From IMG/VR virus record IMGVR_UViG_3300010885_067605: DNA of 20,000 nt; one strand, given 5' to 3'. The translations under genes and the position numbers were made by a program. Below are positions 16,032 to 20,000 of this stretch, piece by piece. Source of the DNA: an uncultured virus (IMG/VR IMGVR_UViG_3300010885_067605). Its lineage: Duplodnaviria > Heunggongvirae > Uroviricota > Caudoviricetes. Positions within the stretch are counted from its first letter, which is position 1. Every line of letters begins with the position of its first letter. Below the pieces are notes generated by a model. The model was not told the DNA's origin, did not search any database, and was given only the letters and a program-made list of their open reading frames with translations.

Positions 16032-16664
16032 GCTTTATTGACAGCGATATTTTACTGACCAAGCTCGTCGGCAGAGGTCTCAAACTAGAGTTACGGACTG
16101 AATTATCCCCAAGTGGTCGGTATTGGGTTGTTAAGGAAGATAATGACGCTGGTGAAGCATGGTACAGAATCATGGCACCAGGGTGGTTTAGTGCGAGATA
16201 TTTCAAGGCATGGCATAGCTCTGAATACGGCTGGACGCGGTTTATTCCGACCTTTGAAACCGCAGACGACGCCGAGTCGTGGCTTGAAGCGGAACGTGCA
16301 CATTGGGAGTCGAGCGATAAACGATCAAAAGTCAGGAGCTGTAACAGATCGCACGACCCCAAATCGAGCGTTATTGATAAGTTTGCAGAAGAATTTAGTG
16401 AATCTGTATCACCGAGCTACTCTAGATCGGCCATCACACGATCTAGTAACGATACGGGCACTGACGGAGTTAATTGGCGGGAGCGAGTTGTTATGCTAGA
16501 AGCAGCCATTCGAAAATTGCTGGATGGAGTAAATGCCCGATATCCTAACAAAAAATCCAAGAGAGTGGATATGCCCTAATTTTGCCGAATTAGATAGGTT
16601 GGTGCCGCCTACTGCAGAGACCCATAATTCACAGCCTATATCAGGCCTGCAACATGATTCCTAG
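16028..16664 (+). CDS. Hypothetical protein, probable frameshift at A6 (16550-16555)
   Basis: ATGA-coupled start 16028; as read stops at 16579; removing one A gives NKNPREWICPNFAELDRLV… ending at TAG 16664. Confidence 0.55.
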
Positions 16665-16713
16665 CACAGATGACTGATACTCACTATAGTCGGCGTCGAA
16701 AGGAGGACAGGCA

Positions 16714-16989
16714 GTGAAGTCCATCGCACAGATAGATGGCTACACACCACTTTGGTTCTGCGTCCGGTATTCGGACTCTAACGAATGGTCGCTGTTCGAC
16801 TCGTCGGCTAGACTCGCAGGTTTTGCATCCGGTGCGGCTGCTGCAGAGAGTCTGGGACTCTGGCAGATGGACTATTCAGCAGCGACAAGCCAAATGGATG
16901 CGATTCGCCGGGCAAAACAGCGTATGGGCGATAATCTCTTACAGGATGCTGATTCGTACCTGTACCTTAGTAAGAGTGGTGATGCTTGA
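16714..16989 (+). CDS. Hypothetical protein
   Basis: AGGAGG SD before GTG. Confidence 0.65.
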   Translation: MKSIAQIDGYTPLWFCVRYSDSNEWSLFDSSARLAGFASGAAAAESLGLWQMDYSAATSQMDAIRRAKQRMGDNLLQDADSYLYLSKSGDA

Positions 16990-17360
16990 TAGGCCGCATA
17001 ACAAGCCATCTTAGTGATTGGCAGGTCGATAAAACCATCGAATCAGCCATGCGATTTATAGCATGGCATCTGGTTGATGATTATCTCTATGATCATCATC
17101 ATAATCGGTTAGGTAGTCGTAAGCAGGCTAGTGTTCAAGATGACGATGTTGCACAAGAGTACACCTATAAGTGTACACTGCATACCGGATTCTTGTCGAT
17201 CATCGAGACAACCGAGCAATTATGCAGGCTCAGGGATGAAGGTATAAGTTTGCAAGGATCACCAACAAGATCCAGATTATGCCGGACTATGCATACAGAG
17301 TACGTGCGGCCGATAGATAAGACTGCAGCACGGGTAGCGAGAGGGCAAGAAGTCCAGTAA
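16986..17360 (+). CDS. Hypothetical protein
   Basis: TTGA overlap with the previous stop; 124 aa. Confidence 0.5.
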   Translation: MIGRITSHLSDWQVDKTIESAMRFIAWHLVDDYLYDHHHNRLGSRKQASVQDDDVAQEYTYKCTLHTGFLSIIETTEQLCRLRDEGISLQGSPTRSRLCRTMHTEYVRPIDKTAARVARGQEVQ

Positions 17361-17364
17361 CCCT

Positions 17365-17532
17365 ATGATTAAAGGAATAATCATTAAGAACACCGATTGG
17401 GATCGAATGATACAGGCTTTAGTGCTGATTAAACTCGGCCAAGATTTAGGTACCGATGGGCCATTCGCCAAAGCCGTACATGATATGATCGAAATCGTTA
17501 TCACGATCATCACTGCTACGGCTAAGCTCTAG
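17365..17532 (+). CDS. Small hypothetical protein (55 aa, below ORF-track cutoff)
   Basis: MIKGIIIKNTDWDRMIQALVLIKLGQDLGTDGPFAKAVHDMIEIVITIITATAKL*, starts 5 nt after the previous stop. Confidence 0.55.
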   Translation: MIKGIIIKNTDWDRMIQALVLIKLGQDLGTDGPFAKAVHDMIEIVITIITATAKL

Positions 17533-17541
17533 ATTGTATTC

Positions 17542-17625
17542 ATGTTTGAACCTCTCGTGTCCGCAATTATTCCTGTGTTTATTACAGTTATTCTATGGAT
17601 CATAACTGTACGCAATTGGCTGTAG
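17542..17625 (+). CDS. 27-aa single-TM peptide
   Basis: MFEPLVSAIIPVFITVILWIITVRNWL*. Confidence 0.4.
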   Translation: MFEPLVSAIIPVFITVILWIITVRNWL

Positions 17626-17650
17626 TTTCTAACAAGAAAAGAGCAAGTAC

Positions 17651-18586
17651 ATGTCGGATACTAATCAAGAAGATTTTAACGCTGCTGTGATGAATTGGAT
17701 TAGCGAAGTCAGCTCTTTATTGATTCAACGATATCGGCCCAGTAGCAACAGCCGAGAGCTTATTGCGGATGCATGTCATAAATGTTGGGATGCTTACGGT
17801 CGCGATTCAACAAGTATACCAGCTAGGCCTGAAAAGCAAGAAACAGTAAGTGAGAATCATAAACCAACAGAATTTGATAGTGACACAACTTGCTGCCATT
17901 ATACTATGGCTACGATGGCTGCGGCCCATGGGTACCGCTTGGTACCTCTTTACGCCAGAGAACAGCTCATGATAACCGATGAGGAACGGGAGTTGCTAAC
18001 CAGATACGCCGAAGCGGCAGAGAAAAATGTCTGCACGTATAAAAATCTAGATACTCGAAATGTTCCGAATGAAATGTTATCGGTAGAGTGTATCGAGTTG
18101 TTCATCGCCAATAACCGACGTCAAGCAACTATTATTCGCGGTATGTTAGCCAGACTAGTTCCTGACACGGATGGTAAGCCACTTTCACGGGAGCAAAATT
18201 TCGACATTGAGTTCCGTCTTGCCGTCGATCGCGTCGTCGAGTTGCTCCCGCGATCCGCTAAAACCTCGAACGGAGATGATCCCGAGTGGTTTTGTATTTC
18301 GCCTGACGGCCTTGGATTATTTCCGTTTGATAATGAGGAAGAAGCTAGGAAGTACAGTCAGCAGACCGGTATGAGGTTAGCCTGTACTGACTGCTATGAG
18401 CTAAACCGCCATCCGCAGTTCACTTTCTCAGAAGTGGAACGTCAATTGCTGGAGCGACTGTCCACAGACACACGGGAATACGATCCTGTGTCGAGTGGAC
18501 GGCCTTGGTTCATCACCGTGGCCGACGCCGCTACTCTCCGAGGTCTGCTAGCGAGAGAAGTACGGGAAGGTGCCGACGTAAAATGA
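17651..18586 (+). CDS. Modular hypothetical protein (shared N-terminal module, two internal helical repeats)
   Basis: N-terminus paralogous to 11726 gene; ITDEERELL…ATIIRGMLAR and FSEVERQLL…AATLRGLLAR. Confidence 0.75.
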   Translation: MSDTNQEDFNAAVMNWISEVSSLLIQRYRPSSNSRELIADACHKCWDAYGRDSTSIPARPEKQETVSENHKPTEFDSDTTCCHYTMATMAAAHGYRLVPLYAREQLMITDEERELLTRYAEAAEKNVCTYKNLDTRNVPNEMLSVECIELFIANNRRQATIIRGMLARLVPDTDGKPLSREQNFDIEFRLAVDRVVELLPRSAKTSNGDDPEWFCISPDGLGLFPFDNEEEARKYSQQTGMRLACTDCYELNRHPQFTFSEVERQLLERLSTDTREYDPVSSGRPWFITVADAATLRGLLAREVREGADVK

Positions 18587-19041
18587 GACGAGCATTTTAC
18601 AGCCTAGTGCAATACTGTCCTGACCGCTTCCGGTCAGAGGCAATCAACATAGGTCTAGTGCTTGTACAACCTGACCCGCATGAAGTACGTGCACGGTTCA
18701 CTATTGGACGCGTGCAGAAGTTCGGAACTTACCTATTGAAACCTTCTTCGTCTAAAAAAGACAATTTCGCTCTACACGACCGTCTCAATAATCTGACTGT
18801 GGCCTTGCAGGGAATGCGTAGTCAAATAGAACAAGCCGATATCCGAACCGAGAATGATTTAGCTAATTTCGCTGCGAAGCTTGCCAATGACATAAGACTC
18901 ACTGAACCAAGACTGGCAAAGATAGACGATATTGATCTGGACTTCGATCGGATGTTCTATAGTCTCGGTCTATGCTCGGTAGAACACAAGTCTATATGTG
19001 CGTCTTGGTTCGAGTCACTCGGTTCGAGTCACTCGGAGTAG
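18583..19041 (+). CDS. DUF3037-domain protein
   Basis: FYSLVQYCPDRFRSEAINIGLVL N-terminal signature, IRLTEPR…FDRMFYSL C-terminal; ATGA-coupled start at 18583. Confidence 0.8.
   Translation: MRRAFYSLVQYCPDRFRSEAINIGLVLVQPDPHEVRARFTIGRVQKFGTYLLKPSSSKKDNFALHDRLNNLTVALQGMRSQIEQADIRTENDLANFAAKLANDIRLTEPRLAKIDDIDLDFDRMFYSLGLCSVEHKSICASWFESLGSSHSE
19007..19036. repeat. Exact 14-bp tandem duplication
   Basis: GGTTCGAGTCACTC x2 followed by GG. Confidence 0.85.
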
Positions 19042-19052
19042 AGGGAATCATC

Positions 19053-19490
19053 ATGGCAAAAAAGGATCTTGAAGATGATTATGTGCCAGCATATGCGAAT
19101 AGTGAAAATCCTACACCATCCCATGAAGAATGGATTCACAAGGCTTGTGAAGATATGGCCAGAACCGATTTCTCGGTGGACAGAATAGTATTTCCAGGAT
19201 TTTATCGTGTATTAGAAGGTGAACATAAGGACAGAATAATCATTTACAGTATCGTTAACAATAAAATAGACGGTAAAAAGTTCGTATTATTTGCTAATAA
19301 TATGGCATGGATATACGTCGAAAAGTTGGCTGGTATCAAATGCGAAGGTGTTACTCCGGATTTTAACGGCCCTAAAAAGCCAGTAAATTTACCTAGATGG
19401 GATAGTTTAGAAGAGACAATTAAAAGACTAGAAGCGATGCGTCGTGATGAAGGAGAAACTACTACGTTCATGGAATTCGATATAGAATGA
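19053..19490 (+). CDS. Hypothetical protein
   Basis: GAGGG SD then ATG 19053. Confidence 0.7.
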   Translation: MAKKDLEDDYVPAYANSENPTPSHEEWIHKACEDMARTDFSVDRIVFPGFYRVLEGEHKDRIIIYSIVNNKIDGKKFVLFANNMAWIYVEKLAGIKCEGVTPDFNGPKKPVNLPRWDSLEETIKRLEAMRRDEGETTTFMEFDIE

Positions 19491-19798
19491 AATATTATGT
19501 AGTATTACCAGAATCGAGTAAAAGGATGGTCAGCCATAAATTGGTTATTAAAACACATGGTGTATGGAGTAATAGTTCTCAGCAAACGTATCTACTCAGT
19601 TCTCCAATAGTTACAATCGGTGGTACCAATAGATTCACCTTTGAAGTGGCCGATGATATCCCTTGGTGTGGGTCACCAAGCGTTATGGGCTTAATGGATG
19701 CTGACACATTTAGTGTGCAAGCTATTTATACCAATGCTACAGACAGTAGGAAAGAAGTGCATGATCTAACGCCTGTGAGAATTGACGATAATTGCTAA
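19487..19798 (+). CDS. Hypothetical protein
   Basis: ATGA-coupled, 103 aa. Confidence 0.65.
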   Translation: MKYYVVLPESSKRMVSHKLVIKTHGVWSNSSQQTYLLSSPIVTIGGTNRFTFEVADDIPWCGSPSVMGLMDADTFSVQAIYTNATDSRKEVHDLTPVRIDDNC

Positions 19799-19810
19799 CT
19801 CTGTAACAGC

Positions 19811-20000
19811 ATGAACACCGGGATAAAAATCACGAAAGTGAGGCACTACGTGACCAAGCGTGAACAGCAAGCCTGCGAGTACGCGGCGGAGAGTCGAGGA
19901 CCGCAAGAAGGAGCAGACGCAGTGATAAGCAACGAAGGGCAGTTAATTCCATCGCGTGGTTCTGCGATGGTCGCTGTCTGCCTCGACGCCGGGATCGTCT
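19811..20000 (+). CDS. 5' part of a CDS running off the window
   Basis: Open frame from ATG 19811 (or GTG 19850 after GAGG) to the window end. Confidence 0.5.
   Translation, partial: MNTGIKITKVRHYVTKREQQACEYAAESRGPQEGADAVISNEGQLIPSRGSAMVAVCLDAGIV

Noticed and set aside
16665..16955. Direct repeats flanking the GC-richer 16714 gene (CAGATGACTGAT vs CAGGATGCTGAT)
   Set aside because: Imperfect, and the right copy lies inside the CDS; not distinguishable from chance
5837..17625. Stop-codon reassignment (TAG at 6605-6607 and 17530-17532 is in frame with the next ORF)
   Set aside because: Conserved enzymes are intact in the standard code, GT7 ends at TAG at its natural C-terminus, the 6641 ORF has its own SD, and no suppressor tRNA is seen
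18961..19040. Functional tRNA (possible CTA anticodon)
   Set aside because: No consistent acceptor or T stem can be folded and the candidate anticodon loop is 8 nt
1078..19471. Antisense and nested alternative-frame ORFs in the track (e.g. 1078-1344, 4135-4656, 5401-5616, 11883-12224, 15973-16362, 16113-16499, 19244-19471)
   Set aside because: They overlap better-supported genes and lack motifs or ribosome-binding sites; treated as shadow ORFs
19860..19970. Integron attC-like site (…CATCGCGTGGTTCTGCG)
   Set aside because: No convincing complementary left arm was found in the visible sequence

Overview
Gene-dense, mostly + strand accessory region of what is most likely a large (jumbo/T4-like) bacteriophage genome read in the standard code. 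A Planctomycetota host is inferred from a planctomycete-type secreted protein, a prepilin-leader protein and a Tat-signal protein. The window holds three scattered CCA-less tRNA genes (Ser-TGA, Lys-TTT, Asn-GTT) and a glycan-modification set (GT77-like, a deleted and frameshifted exostosin/GT47 remnant, GT7, a GT34-methyltransferase fusion and a class I methyltransferase). It also holds a trypsin-like protease, DUF6321-, DUF6717-, DUF551- and DUF3037-like genes, a SEC-C protein and many small hypotheticals. No core structural, replication, integrase or transposase genes and no CRISPR array are visible. The most notable signals are: (1) two adjacent GC-richer single-gene cassettes, each bracketed by its own perfect 9-bp direct repeat; (2) a conserved N-terminal module fused to different C-termini in two genes; (3) a pilin-leader decoy with an insertion in the GFTLxE motif; (4) an orphan DUF3037; (5) tandem palindromic operator-like units between divergent genes. 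All family assignments come from motif recognition by eye, not from database searches.
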